46,964 nucleotides of DNA from a virus (lineage: Duplodnaviria; Caudoviricetes): positions 1 through 46,964 of IMG/VR virus record IMGVR_UViG_3300005758_001464; one strand, 5' to 3'. Below, piece after piece: positions 1-7,260 of this stretch (position 1 is the stretch's first letter; every line of letters starts with the position of its first letter). The notes beneath the pieces are model-generated. The model saw nothing but the letters and a program-made list of their open reading frames with translations. It made no database searches and had not been told where the DNA came from. Both the position numbers and the translations under genes were made by a program.

Positions 1-2
1 TA

Positions 3-138
3 CCATATTGAAACACACTCCCAAGGGGCTGTCATTAACCCACTTGTAACTTTGTACAACCTGTCGGGTAGCTACTTCCGTACTCTTGTACTCACCGTGA
101 AGCTGGCACGGCAATGACAGAAATGTGTTTCAATATGG
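3..138 (-). ncRNA. Putative structured ncRNA closed by a long terminal stem
   Basis: Perfect 15-bp inverted repeat ccatattgaaacaca (3-17) / tgtgtttcaatatgg (124-138); inner stems ctgtcatt/aatgacag, ccgtg/cacgg, gtacaa/ttgtac; extra G-U pairs favour the minus strand. Confidence 0.5.
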
Positions 139-211
139 CACACCCAACGGGATTCGAACCCGTCTTTACGCCTTGAAAGGGCGTTGTCCTAACCGGATAG
201 ACGATGGGTGC
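136..211 (-). tRNA. tRNA-Glu(TTC)
   Basis: Cloverleaf; anticodon arm acgcc-CTTTCAA-ggcgt; GTTCGAATC T-loop; encoded CCA. Confidence 0.95.
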
Positions 212-286
212 ATAAATTCTAAATTGTTAGAGAACGTTTACTACGATAAAAAGAATTATACATCCGATCCAATTTATCGTCAACTA

Positions 287-700
287 CTATTTTTGTTGTT
301 GTTTTTGCAACACATCCATCATCATTTTCTTTACTCGCAAGTTGGGTTGTCTATACTTTTCAGTATCAGTAAATCCCATAATGATGCCAACTTCAACTAC
401 TGCACCGCTACGGCAAATACCCGCATGGCAATGCACGACCACGTTAACGTGATTATCTAAAGCATGTTGCAACAGTCTTACCAACTCGGTTGCTTGTTCT
501 ACAGAAATTTTTGCTTCTTCAGGAAAGCCGTCTGCATCTTCAGCATCAAGGAATTCAAATTGATGAATCTCTTTGAAGTTAAATTTTGGTTTAGGAAACC
601 ACCCAGCTGGATCCATAATCTGAATCAACATACTATTTGGTCCTGCATCGTGATGCCATGCATGCGGGATATCACTGGCTGCTACATTTTCAATCCACAT
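287..700 (-). CDS. PTP/dual-specificity-type (CX5R) phosphatase
   Basis: VHCHAGICRS P-loop, upstream FLD acid loop, AGGAG RBS. Confidence 0.8.
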   Translation of the reverse strand: MWIENVAASDIPHAWHHDAGPNSMLIQIMDPAGWFPKPKFNFKEIHQFEFLDAEDADGFPEEAKISVEQATELVRLLQHALDNHVNVVVHCHAGICRSGAVVEVGIIMGFTDTEKYRQPNLRVKKMMMDVLQKQQQK

Positions 701-708
701 GATAACTC

Positions 709-1332
709 CTAGGGTATAAATTTCTCACACTCTTCCAAAGATGCGATGATTCGTAAATTTGGCATTTGATCAATAATAATTTTTAACTTTTTTTGTTGTA
801 CCTTTAATGCATGTGGATTTTTAGGATCCAAAAACACATCATGCTCTATTAAGTAGAAATCAGGAAAATAATTATGCATTTTTCCAGAATCATCTATCCA
901 CTTAATAGGAGTCTTGGGTCTTTCCCAAAGAATTCCCAATGCATCAAGCCGCTTGGCTAATGCCTCTTCCCACGAAGAATCTAACATTACGCAAGTGCCG
1001 TCGGGCTTTGTATATTCTCTAACGGATTTAACCAACCTTCGATGTGAGGAAGCTAATGCAGCATCACGAATTAATTCTATTGATTCGGGTGTATGTTTCT
1101 TATTTGTGAAAGTTCCAGGTTTGCCCTTCCAATACGAAGAAGGGGGTTCTTTGCCCTCATCTTTAGCTTTGATAAATTGGTTTCTAGGATTTTTAATCTG
1201 CTTCCTAGCATACTCCAATTTAGAAGAATATTCATTTCGTTTTGGATTTTTTTCGCACCATCTACTATGGTTGGCCTTATTCGCTGTTGATAATCCGATG
1301 AATTCTTTTTTGCAATGCTTGCATATAAACAT
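709..1332 (-). CDS. Free-standing putative homing endonuclease (Zn finger + NUMOD3-like + PD-(D/E)xK domain)
   Basis: CKHC..H...C; FTNKKHTPESIELIR; DSSWE...YFPDFYL...LDPK. Confidence 0.75.
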   Translation of the reverse strand: MFICKHCKKEFIGLSTANKANHSRWCEKNPKRNEYSSKLEYARKQIKNPRNQFIKAKDEGKEPPSSYWKGKPGTFTNKKHTPESIELIRDAALASSHRRLVKSVREYTKPDGTCVMLDSSWEEALAKRLDALGILWERPKTPIKWIDDSGKMHNYFPDFYLIEHDVFLDPKNPHALKVQQKKLKIIIDQMPNLRIIASLEECEKFIP

Positions 1333-1349
1333 AATGTCACCAGTGAAAG

Positions 1350-1426
1350 TGGCGCGACCGGAGGGACTCGAACCCCCAACAGTTCGGGTAGAAGCCGAAT
1401 ACTCTATCCAATTGAGTTACGGTCGC
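1350..1426 (-). tRNA. tRNA-Arg(TCT)
   Basis: ttcgg-CTTCTAC-ccgaa anticodon arm; GTTCGAGTC; CCA. Confidence 0.95.
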
Positions 1427-1433
1427 GTATATT

Positions 1434-1441
1434 TATTTATG
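1434..1441 (-). promoter_or_regulatory. T4-like late promoter (CATAAATA) for tRNA-Arg and the endonuclease
   Basis: One mismatch to TATAAATA, 7 nt before the tRNA 5' end. Confidence 0.55.
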
Positions 1442-1448
1442 CAAAAAC

Positions 1449-1483
1449 GAAGATTATTGCCCTATCCGTTGAACGAACGCCAG
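1449..1483 (-). pseudogene. 5' half of a tRNA (Arg-like) truncated in the anticodon loop
   Basis: CTGGCGT-TC-GTTC-AACGGATA-GGGC-A-ATAAT-CTTC: acceptor strand, D arm and 5' anticodon stem; no 3' half seen. Confidence 0.65.
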
Positions 1484-1487
1484 AAAT

Positions 1488-1682
1488 TTAAACTGTTAAC
1501 ACAGACCTGAGTGCTTCCAACTCACTTGAGGTGAGAAACAACTCAATGCGGTTCTGTTTGCCTTCTGGGTCTTTAGCCCAATCGTATGTTGTAAAAATAC
1601 GGACATGATATGTATCGGCAGGGAAATCTACCTTATGTGTTTCACAAAAAAGTTTGTAACCTTGTGCTTCAGTAATTAACAT
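1488..1682 (-). CDS. Hypothetical protein (about 64 aa)
   Basis: GAGGT RBS before ATG 1682; overlaps the 3' end of the HNH gene. Confidence 0.6.
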   Translation of the reverse strand: MLITEAQGYKLFCETHKVDFPADTYHVRIFTTYDWAKDPEGKQNRIELFLTSSELEALRSVLTV

Positions 1683-2232
1683 TGTTAATACCTCTAAGTA
1701 ATTTATTACGTTGTTTGTAAATCGCAGCATTCGATACTCCTAGCATTTCTTCTAGTTTCGTTATGCCGTGTTCTTCTAGTAATTGTAACAGATTAATACT
1801 ATTCCAGTCAACCTTTCTCCTATTTGAGGCCGCACATTTCGGGCTACAAAATTTATTTGATTTTGGTTTATCTGCTCCGCAATTCGGACAAGCATCATAT
1901 TCGACCTTGAGTTGCTTGTAATCAGCAAAAGATTCATCAAATTTAGTAAAAAATTTCGGAATCTCTCGCTTACCTGCATGAATCTCACTATGACAATTAT
2001 GGCATACTAAAATACATTTTTTTAATTCTTCTACTACTTTTTCCCATATTTTAGGATTAGCGCTAAGACTTCCAAAAGCAAGTTCCTTTTGTGTGGGGTC
2101 AATGTGATGGAATGCTAACGCTTCTTTACAAGTATCGTAACCACAGCATTGACATTTTCCGCCCATAGCTTCTACCATACGTTCCTTTGAGCGGTGGCGC
2201 CATTCTTTAACTCTATTCGATGACATTGACAT
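1669..2232 (-). CDS. HNH homing endonuclease with C-terminal Zn ribbon and HTH
   Basis: CQCCG...FHHID...CILVCHNCHSEIH; CPNC..FCSPKC; LGVSNAAIYK HTH. Confidence 0.85.
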   Translation of the reverse strand: MSMSSNRVKEWRHRSKERMVEAMGGKCQCCGYDTCKEALAFHHIDPTQKELAFGSLSANPKIWEKVVEELKKCILVCHNCHSEIHAGKREIPKFFTKFDESFADYKQLKVEYDACPNCGADKPKSNKFCSPKCAASNRRKVDWNSINLLQLLEEHGITKLEEMLGVSNAAIYKQRNKLLRGINNVNY

Positions 2233-2288
2233 ATATAACCTCTAACCTATATAAGTATTTATGCCTATATGTTGGTTAGAGGTTATAT
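2233..2288 (-). promoter_or_regulatory. RBS-sequestering hairpin with a late promoter (CATAAATA, 2256-2263) in its loop
   Basis: Perfect 15-bp inverted repeat 2233-2247 / 2274-2288 containing the AGAGG RBS, ending 1 nt before the HNH ATG. Confidence 0.8.
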
Positions 2289-2293
2289 TCTAA

Positions 2294-2372
2294 TGGCTCC
2301 GCATCTGAGATTCGAACTCAGCTAACCAGTGATTAACAGTCACGCCCATGCGCCTAGCTCGGGTTCTGCGGA
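2294..2372 (-). tRNA. tRNA-Asn(GTT), atypical D arm
   Basis: gtga-CTGTTAA-tcac; GTTCGAATC; CCA. Confidence 0.85.
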
Positions 2373-2378
2373 ATTGAA

Positions 2379-2455
2379 TGGTGCTGCTTGTCGGATTCGA
2401 ACTGACGACCTATCGCTTACAAGGCGATTGCTCTGGCCAACTGAGCTAAAGCAGC
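2379..2455 (-). tRNA. tRNA-Thr(TGT)
   Basis: atcgc-CTTGTAA-gcgat; canonical D and T arms; CCA. Confidence 0.95.
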
Positions 2456-2476
2456 ATATAACTTTATTTAAACAAC

Positions 2477-2505
2477 ATAATATCACAGAGAATTTTTTTT
2501 GTCAA
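2477..2505 (-). promoter_or_regulatory. Sigma70-type promoter
   Basis: TTGACA-17 nt-TATTAT with TGn extension, upstream of tRNA-Thr. Confidence 0.7.
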
Positions 2506-2525
2506 GCCTTCCCTGTGATATTTTT

Positions 2526-3086
2526 CTACGACAGTAAAATTCTACTATGCTTCGGAAGTCCTTGTTTCAAATACTCCATTTGATCAGCTAGAATTGTACG
2601 GTGTTGCAAAATCATATTTTCGTAGTGATTCGGAACATAGGGAGTATATAGTAACTCCATGCCCGATTCTTTAAGGGTTTTATCACTCTTTCGACTATTA
2701 CAGTCTTTACAGGCGGTGACTACATTCATCCAGGTATTTGCACCGCCCTTACTTTTAGGCATGATATGATCACGGCTTAACTGATTGTGGTTGTCAAAGT
2801 GCTCTCCGCAATATGCGCAAATATTTCTATCACGACCAAACAATGTTTTATTAGTCAATGCCACCATGCCGTGTCGATTTGGATCGAATCCGTGTCCCTT
2901 AATTGCAATAATACTAGGAGTTTCAATATAGCTTAATGTTCCATCATTTTGAATACCACCGCGATAACGTGCAACAATCTCACCCATACTCCATGCTACT
3001 GCATCTTTGGCATGATATGTGATTGCGTCATCATAGGAAATCCATTGTCTGGGGATTCCGCTGATATCAAGTGCTAGAACTGCCAT
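2526..3086 (-). CDS. HNH endonuclease (McrA-like)
   Basis: RDRNICAYCG...SRDHIMPKSKGG...NVVTACKDCNSRK; GGAGG RBS before ATG 3086. Confidence 0.9.
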   Translation of the reverse strand: MAVLALDISGIPRQWISYDDAITYHAKDAVAWSMGEIVARYRGGIQNDGTLSYIETPSIIAIKGHGFDPNRHGMVALTNKTLFGRDRNICAYCGEHFDNHNQLSRDHIMPKSKGGANTWMNVVTACKDCNSRKSDKTLKESGMELLYTPYVPNHYENMILQHRTILADQMEYLKQGLPKHSRILLS

Positions 3087-3133
3087 TTCATCCTCCATTT
3101 ACTAAAAGTTCTATGTCTATTTAATGCCTAGTG

Positions 3134-3208
3134 TGGTGAGTCCTGCAGGAATCGAACCTGCATCAATGCAATCGGAATGCAGTATCTTATCCATTAGACT
3201 AAAGACTC
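3134..3208 (-). tRNA. tRNA-Arg(CCG)
   Basis: tgca-TTCCGAT-tgca; GTTCGATTC; CCA. Confidence 0.9.
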
Positions 3209-3245
3209 GGGGTATTATAACAAATAATTTATTTTATGTCAATAT

Positions 3246-3321
3246 TGGTGCATCCTCCTGGTTACGCTCCAGGCTCCCGTGCTCTTCAGGCACATGCTTT
3301 CACTAGATTAGCTTAGGATGC
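3246..3321 (-). tRNA. tRNA-Phe(GAA), non-canonical T-loop
   Basis: gtgc-CTGAAGA-gcac; perfect acceptor stem gcatcct/aggatgc; T-loop AGCGTAA; CCA. Confidence 0.85.
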
Positions 3322-3330
3322 TTTAATTAT

Positions 3331-3404
3331 TGGTGCTCCCAACTGGTAACGATCCAGTGTTTCTACATTACCAATGTAGTGTAATACCTTTATACTATAG
3401 GAGC
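3331..3404 (-). tRNA. tRNA-Thr(GGT)
   Basis: ctaca-TTGGTAA-tgtag; T-loop ATCGTTA; CCA. Confidence 0.88.
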
Positions 3405-3405
3405 T

Positions 3406-3481
3406 TGGGGTGTCATACCGGTATCGATCCGGTACTTCCAGTTTCACAGACTAGTGTGCAGGCCACTACACTAATGACACC
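3406..3481 (-). tRNA. tRNA-His(GTG) with encoded G-1
   Basis: ctagt-CTGTGAA-actgg; G-1:C73 pair; CCA. Confidence 0.92.
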
Positions 3482-3521
3482 ATTGAAATAATAAATGAGT
3501 ATTGTTTGCTGCTTCTAGAAT

Positions 3522-3599
3522 TGGTCTCCGTAGCAAGATTCGAACTTGCGACCACAAGTCCCCCAGACTTGTACGCTAACCAGACTGCGCTATACGGAG
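3522..3599 (-). tRNA. tRNA-Pro(GGG)
   Basis: caagt-CTGGGGG-acttg; GTTCGAATC; CCA. Confidence 0.92.
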
Positions 3600-3606
3600 T
3601 TAAATT

Positions 3607-3682
3607 TGGTGAATCAAATCGGAATTGAGCCGGCCGCAGATTGCTTGCAAAGCAGACTCGCCCCCTTGGTACATGTTGTTCC
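3607..3682 (-). pseudogene. Degenerate tRNA-Ala(TGC)
   Basis: tgc-TTTGCAA-gca loop and ACCA end, but mismatches in acceptor, anticodon and T stems; T-loop CTCAATT. Confidence 0.55.
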
Positions 3683-3689
3683 AGAGCAT

Positions 3690-3765
3690 TGGTAGTAGAG
3701 GTGAGACTCGAACTCACGATAAACACCGTATGAAGGTGGCGCATTAGCCGCTATGCTACTCTACT
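3690..3765 (-). tRNA. tRNA-CAT (elongator Met or lysidine Ile2)
   Basis: cacc-TTCATAC-ggtg; GTTCGAGTC; CCA; lacks the initiator GGG/CCC anticodon stem. Confidence 0.88.
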
Positions 3766-3778
3766 GTATTGCATTAAA

Positions 3779-4336
3779 TTATTTGATTTTTATGCTATTG
3801 TATACTTCTTCGACATTGTAATTTAACCAACCCAATCGAAAGAATTTTCTAACTTGATTGGGATTAGATTTCAGAACGCTATGTATACTGCCTGTACTCA
3901 ATAGCCAAGAATCATTTTTGTTAGCACTGAATGATCCTACATATTTTAGATACTTAGGGTCGTATGATTTTATCGGTGATTCTACCCATTCTCCCGATTC
4001 GGTCAATCTTGATAGACTATCAATTGCTACCGAAGTGTCAACCAAGTCCCAAAAAAAAGTAACAGCGTTCCCCGGTTCGATGTAATAATTTAATACAGTT
4101 TGTATTAGTTCAGAGTGCGGATGGCTACCTTCACCAGATATTTCTACGTAAGAAAATACGTCGGGTTTTATTGTAAACTCAGCTACTGAATTAAGTATTT
4201 CAATAAAATAGTCTTCATCTATTAGTGACCATGCTCGAAAGGTTTCACCATACCCCTCTAGTAAAGGGCCACCGGTGATTCGAGTAATATCAATCACTGG
4301 AAATTTAATATCAATTTTTTTAAATCGTGGGTACAT
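3779..4336 (-). CDS. Hypothetical DSBH/cupin-like protein, paralog of 18422-18976
   Basis: HPH...LNYYI...SWLL..GSIHSV...R pattern shared with 18422-18976. Confidence 0.6.
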   Translation of the reverse strand: MYPRFKKIDIKFPVIDITRITGGPLLEGYGETFRAWSLIDEDYFIEILNSVAEFTIKPDVFSYVEISGEGSHPHSELIQTVLNYYIEPGNAVTFFWDLVDTSVAIDSLSRLTESGEWVESPIKSYDPKYLKYVGSFSANKNDSWLLSTGSIHSVLKSNPNQVRKFFRLGWLNYNVEEVYNSIKIK

Positions 4337-4390
4337 ATTCTATACTTATATGTCAAACCATATAAGTTTTTTATTCTTTTTGCATCAAAC

Positions 4391-4467
4391 TGGCACGTCC
4401 TGAGCGATTCGAACGCCCGACCCCCTGGTTCGTAGCCAAGTACTCTATCCATCTGAGCTAAGGACGC
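4391..4467 (-). tRNA. tRNA-Arg(ACG)
   Basis: cttgg-CTACGAA-ccagg; canonical arms; CCA. Confidence 0.95.
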
Positions 4468-4478
4468 ATTATTAAATT

Positions 4479-4552
4479 TGGCAGGGGATGTAAGAATCGA
4501 ACTTACGACCTCGGAATCAAAATCCGGTGTGATACCATTTCACTAATCCCCA
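4479..4552 (-). tRNA. tRNA-Gln(TTG)
   Basis: cgga-TTTTGAT-tccg; GTTCGATTC; CCA. Confidence 0.93.
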
Positions 4553-4561
4553 ATTGTAAAT

Positions 4562-4860
4562 TACGCACGTGAGCTATCCGTCATGGGGATAGTGATTGTT
4601 TAGCACATGCGTATTATTCTAAAGCACACTATGACGGAGTTGAACCGCCCGTCTAAAAGGATCCCATTTAACACCCCGACTGTACCTTATATTCACTAAG
4701 TATGCTTTAGAATAATGCGAGTTTCCTCGCATTATGTTAGGATCTTGCCCTAACCAGTAGTCTTACTTTATGCGTTACCTCCGCAAATTTCATGTATACT
4801 GTCCGCCCGTTCGAAGCATGTTTACAGTGCGCTTCAGGACCTCGTTTCCTATCCCACACT
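4562..4860 (-). ncRNA. Putative structured ncRNA region at the head of the tRNA array
   Basis: Hairpins 4562-4613, 4611-4718 (14-bp perfect core), 4712-4735 (GAAA tetraloop on minus), about 4736-4755; no ORF of 60 aa or more. Confidence 0.5.
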
Positions 4861-4994
4861 TTATTATCAACTTACTAAGTTATTAGTACTTTGATAATTT
4901 TTGTACCTTTCAAATTTGCTTTTTATTAACAAATTTAATTCTTCTTCTGACAACACATGTTCTTCATACCATTTGTTTTTGTCAGAAGACCCGA

Positions 4995-5024
4995 ATTTTA
5001 ACTTACTTTCTTCTAACTTGTCAA
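4995..5024 (-). promoter_or_regulatory. Sigma70-type promoter for the tRNA array
   Basis: TTGACA-18 nt-TAAAAT. Confidence 0.55.
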
Positions 5025-5047
5025 CCATAGTGTTGTTTTCCTGCAAC

Positions 5048-5079
5048 AAAAAGCCCTGGAGATTTTAGTTTCCAGGGCT
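5048..5079 (-). terminator. Intrinsic terminator
   Basis: agccctgga-10 nt loop-tccagggct followed by TTTTGTT on minus. Confidence 0.8.
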
Positions 5080-5106
5080 CGTATAAACTATATGATGATG
5101 ACTTGT

Positions 5107-5247
5107 TTATTCCGTCCCCCGGTGACCCCTTTGATTCTCGTCATTGCCGCGGATACTTGTTGTATATACTGGTGCAAAAGACGATATGGATAACACTGAC
5201 CATAGTCCTTTCTGTTGCATAGTATGTTTACAAGTAACGTTCATCAT
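5107..5247 (-). CDS. 46-aa putative leader peptide (not in ORF track)
   Basis: MMNVTCKHTMQQKGLWSVLSISSFAPVYTTSIRGNDENQRGHRGTE*; AATAAATA motif 7 nt upstream; terminator about 27 nt downstream. Confidence 0.5.
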   Translation of the reverse strand: MMNVTCKHTMQQKGLWSVLSISSFAPVYTTSIRGNDENQRGHRGTE

Positions 5248-5370
5248 AGTAATTTATTTATTCCTGGTTTAAAAAAAGTATATTTTTAGTGTGGTTTTTG
5301 CTAATTTCTAATGTCCTCATTCTATCTTAGTCGAAGGTAAATGTCAAATACTTGTTTACCCATTTTTTTC

Positions 5371-5378
5371 TATAAATA
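5371..5378 (+). promoter_or_regulatory. T4-like late promoter TATAAATA
   Basis: Exact consensus 5 nt before ATG 5384. Confidence 0.7.
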
Positions 5379-5383
5379 TTAGC

Positions 5384-6673
5384 ATGATTTTTAAACCAAA
5401 CCATTATCCCATAATAAACCTAAGTTCAATTTGGACAGAATCTCTAATAGATGAAGCCAAAGTAAACAGCGCATCTAATACAAATGCTAGAAATTTTCTT
5501 AAAGAAAAAATAGATAGATTCAGTGACACCCACACCCATGTGATTATAGTACCTGAGAAAAATATTGTATACCCTGAGTTTTTTCAGCAAGAAATAAACT
5601 TAGTAGACACGATAGACCTAAACAACATGATACTAAGTTTTAGTGCAAAAAACTCAGTTAATGGAAATACGTATGGTAACAACGGAATAGTCTGTTACCC
5701 CACAAAGACCAACATAGACATCACAATACTTGACCATATCTTAGATCCTAATACTTTTTCTGCAAACGAAAACACATGCTTGAGATTTTCCAAATGCGTG
5801 AGTGATTTTATCCCCACAGAATCTCCTAAATCAGCTTGGAAAAATGGATTCATTGAAGCTACGAAACTTTGTTTAATTGACGGTGTCCCAACAAAACAGT
5901 TGTCCAAATTATTTTGGAAAAATTATGAAAGATTGTGGCGCTGTATGCATTTAGGTTCGGACGTTGACAATGGGTTGTGGTACATTTTAGGTGCCAGACA
6001 AGCCACATATATAATAGTGTCTGAGCAAAAATTTGATACATCGCTGATATATGATAACAACAAGCTAGACGAAATATTTGATTCTGAATTTAGCAAGCTA
6101 CAACTACAACTCGAACAAGAAGCTAACCGTTTAGGTAACGATATAAAAAAGATTACGGGTGATTTTAGAATAAAAAACATATATTCATCAAAAGATAGTA
6201 TTCTCTATAAAACCAGTTGCGGTAGTCCAACAAGAAGTCCAGAAGAGTTTATTAAATATAAGTTTTTAGGAAATTACGATGTAATATGTTTTGGTGATAA
6301 CATTACTGACGAAGTTAAGTCTTTGTTAGAAAACAAGTCAAAGCAAGTTAAATATTTGCACAATTACGAAAACGACAAAACATTATTAGTCGACGCCGCT
6401 AAATTATCTAGTACTGAATATTTTTGGTTAGTAGATTCTAAAAGTATCTTAGAAGAAAATTTTGAGTTCGAGTACAGGGTGCCCTTTTATGATTCGCCCA
6501 AAAACAGAATTTGGAAAAGTAAAAATTTAAGCAATGGCCAAATAGAAGACAATGGTGTAATGCTTATTTCTAAATTTTTTGCATTACATTTAGATTTTTC
6601 TAGTTCGAATCCTATATTAGGTACAGGAATAGAAAAAGAAATTATAATGAAAATTAGCAATTTATATCAATAA
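5384..6673 (+). CDS. Hypothetical protein with glycosyltransferase-like (GT-A) segments
   Basis: 429-aa ORF; AAKLSSTEYFWLVDS and N.VNG..YGNNGI segments, internally duplicated. Confidence 0.55.
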   Translation: MIFKPNHYPIINLSSIWTESLIDEAKVNSASNTNARNFLKEKIDRFSDTHTHVIIVPEKNIVYPEFFQQEINLVDTIDLNNMILSFSAKNSVNGNTYGNNGIVCYPTKTNIDITILDHILDPNTFSANENTCLRFSKCVSDFIPTESPKSAWKNGFIEATKLCLIDGVPTKQLSKLFWKNYERLWRCMHLGSDVDNGLWYILGARQATYIIVSEQKFDTSLIYDNNKLDEIFDSEFSKLQLQLEQEANRLGNDIKKITGDFRIKNIYSSKDSILYKTSCGSPTRSPEEFIKYKFLGNYDVICFGDNITDEVKSLLENKSKQVKYLHNYENDKTLLVDAAKLSSTEYFWLVDSKSILEENFEFEYRVPFYDSPKNRIWKSKNLSNGQIEDNGVMLISKFFALHLDFSSSNPILGTGIEKEIIMKISNLYQ

Positions 6674-6681
6674 ATTATATT

Positions 6682-7260
6682 ATGACCGAAATAACTTCAG
6701 ACAACAACAACTATTTTTTAGTACACAAAGATTCATTCAGTAGTGGACAAATAGATAGTAAGCTATGGCTATGCGAACAACTTGAATTATTAAACATAGA
6801 AAGTAACGAAATTAATATATACGGCGGTTGGTATGGGCTAACTGCATTTTTACTGTTGAGTAGAAAAAAATTTAAAGTAAAAAAAATAAGAAGTTATGAC
6901 ATTGACCCAAATTGCGAATTAATTGCTGATATGATTAATCAAAATTGGGTATGGAAGGGCTGGCAATTTAAGGCTGAAACCAAAGATTGTAATACTATAT
7001 CTTCTACTGCGGATTTGATTATAAACACCTCCACTGAACATTTTAGCAGTATGTTATGGTGGGAGAACATATCACCGGGTACTATAGTAGTGTTGCAAGG
7101 AAATAATATGAAGCACCATGAAGATCATTATTCTTGCGTAGATAGTTTAGAACAGTTTGTAAGTAAGTTTCCAGTAAGTGAATTACTATATAAAGGAGAA
7201 ATGACTTTCAAATATGATACTTGGGGATTTTCTAGATACATGATCATAGGGATAAAATGA
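6682..7260 (+). CDS. Class I SAM-dependent methyltransferase-like protein
   Basis: IYGGWYG motif I, SYDID, DLIINTSTEH. Confidence 0.65.
   Translation: MTEITSDNNNYFLVHKDSFSSGQIDSKLWLCEQLELLNIESNEINIYGGWYGLTAFLLLSRKKFKVKKIRSYDIDPNCELIADMINQNWVWKGWQFKAETKDCNTISSTADLIINTSTEHFSSMLWWENISPGTIVVLQGNNMKHHEDHYSCVDSLEQFVSKFPVSELLYKGEMTFKYDTWGFSRYMIIGIK

Noticed and set aside
709-1483. Group I intron splitting a tRNA-Arg
   Set aside because: No 3' exon found downstream and no intron core recognised; a full tRNA lies inside the interval
125-3744. ORFs 125-460, 914-1510, 2329-2583, 3124-3306 and 3466-3744
   Set aside because: They overlap tRNA genes or are antisense shadows of better-supported genes
4611-4718. 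tmRNA or YrlA identity for the T-arm-like element
   Set aside because: No acceptor stem with CCA or tag ORF; the T-like arm lies near the 3' side, which does not fit my recollection of YrlA order
4867-5049. 60-aa minus-strand ORF upstream of the tRNA array
   Set aside because: Spans the sigma70 promoter, has no recognisable motif; not supportable
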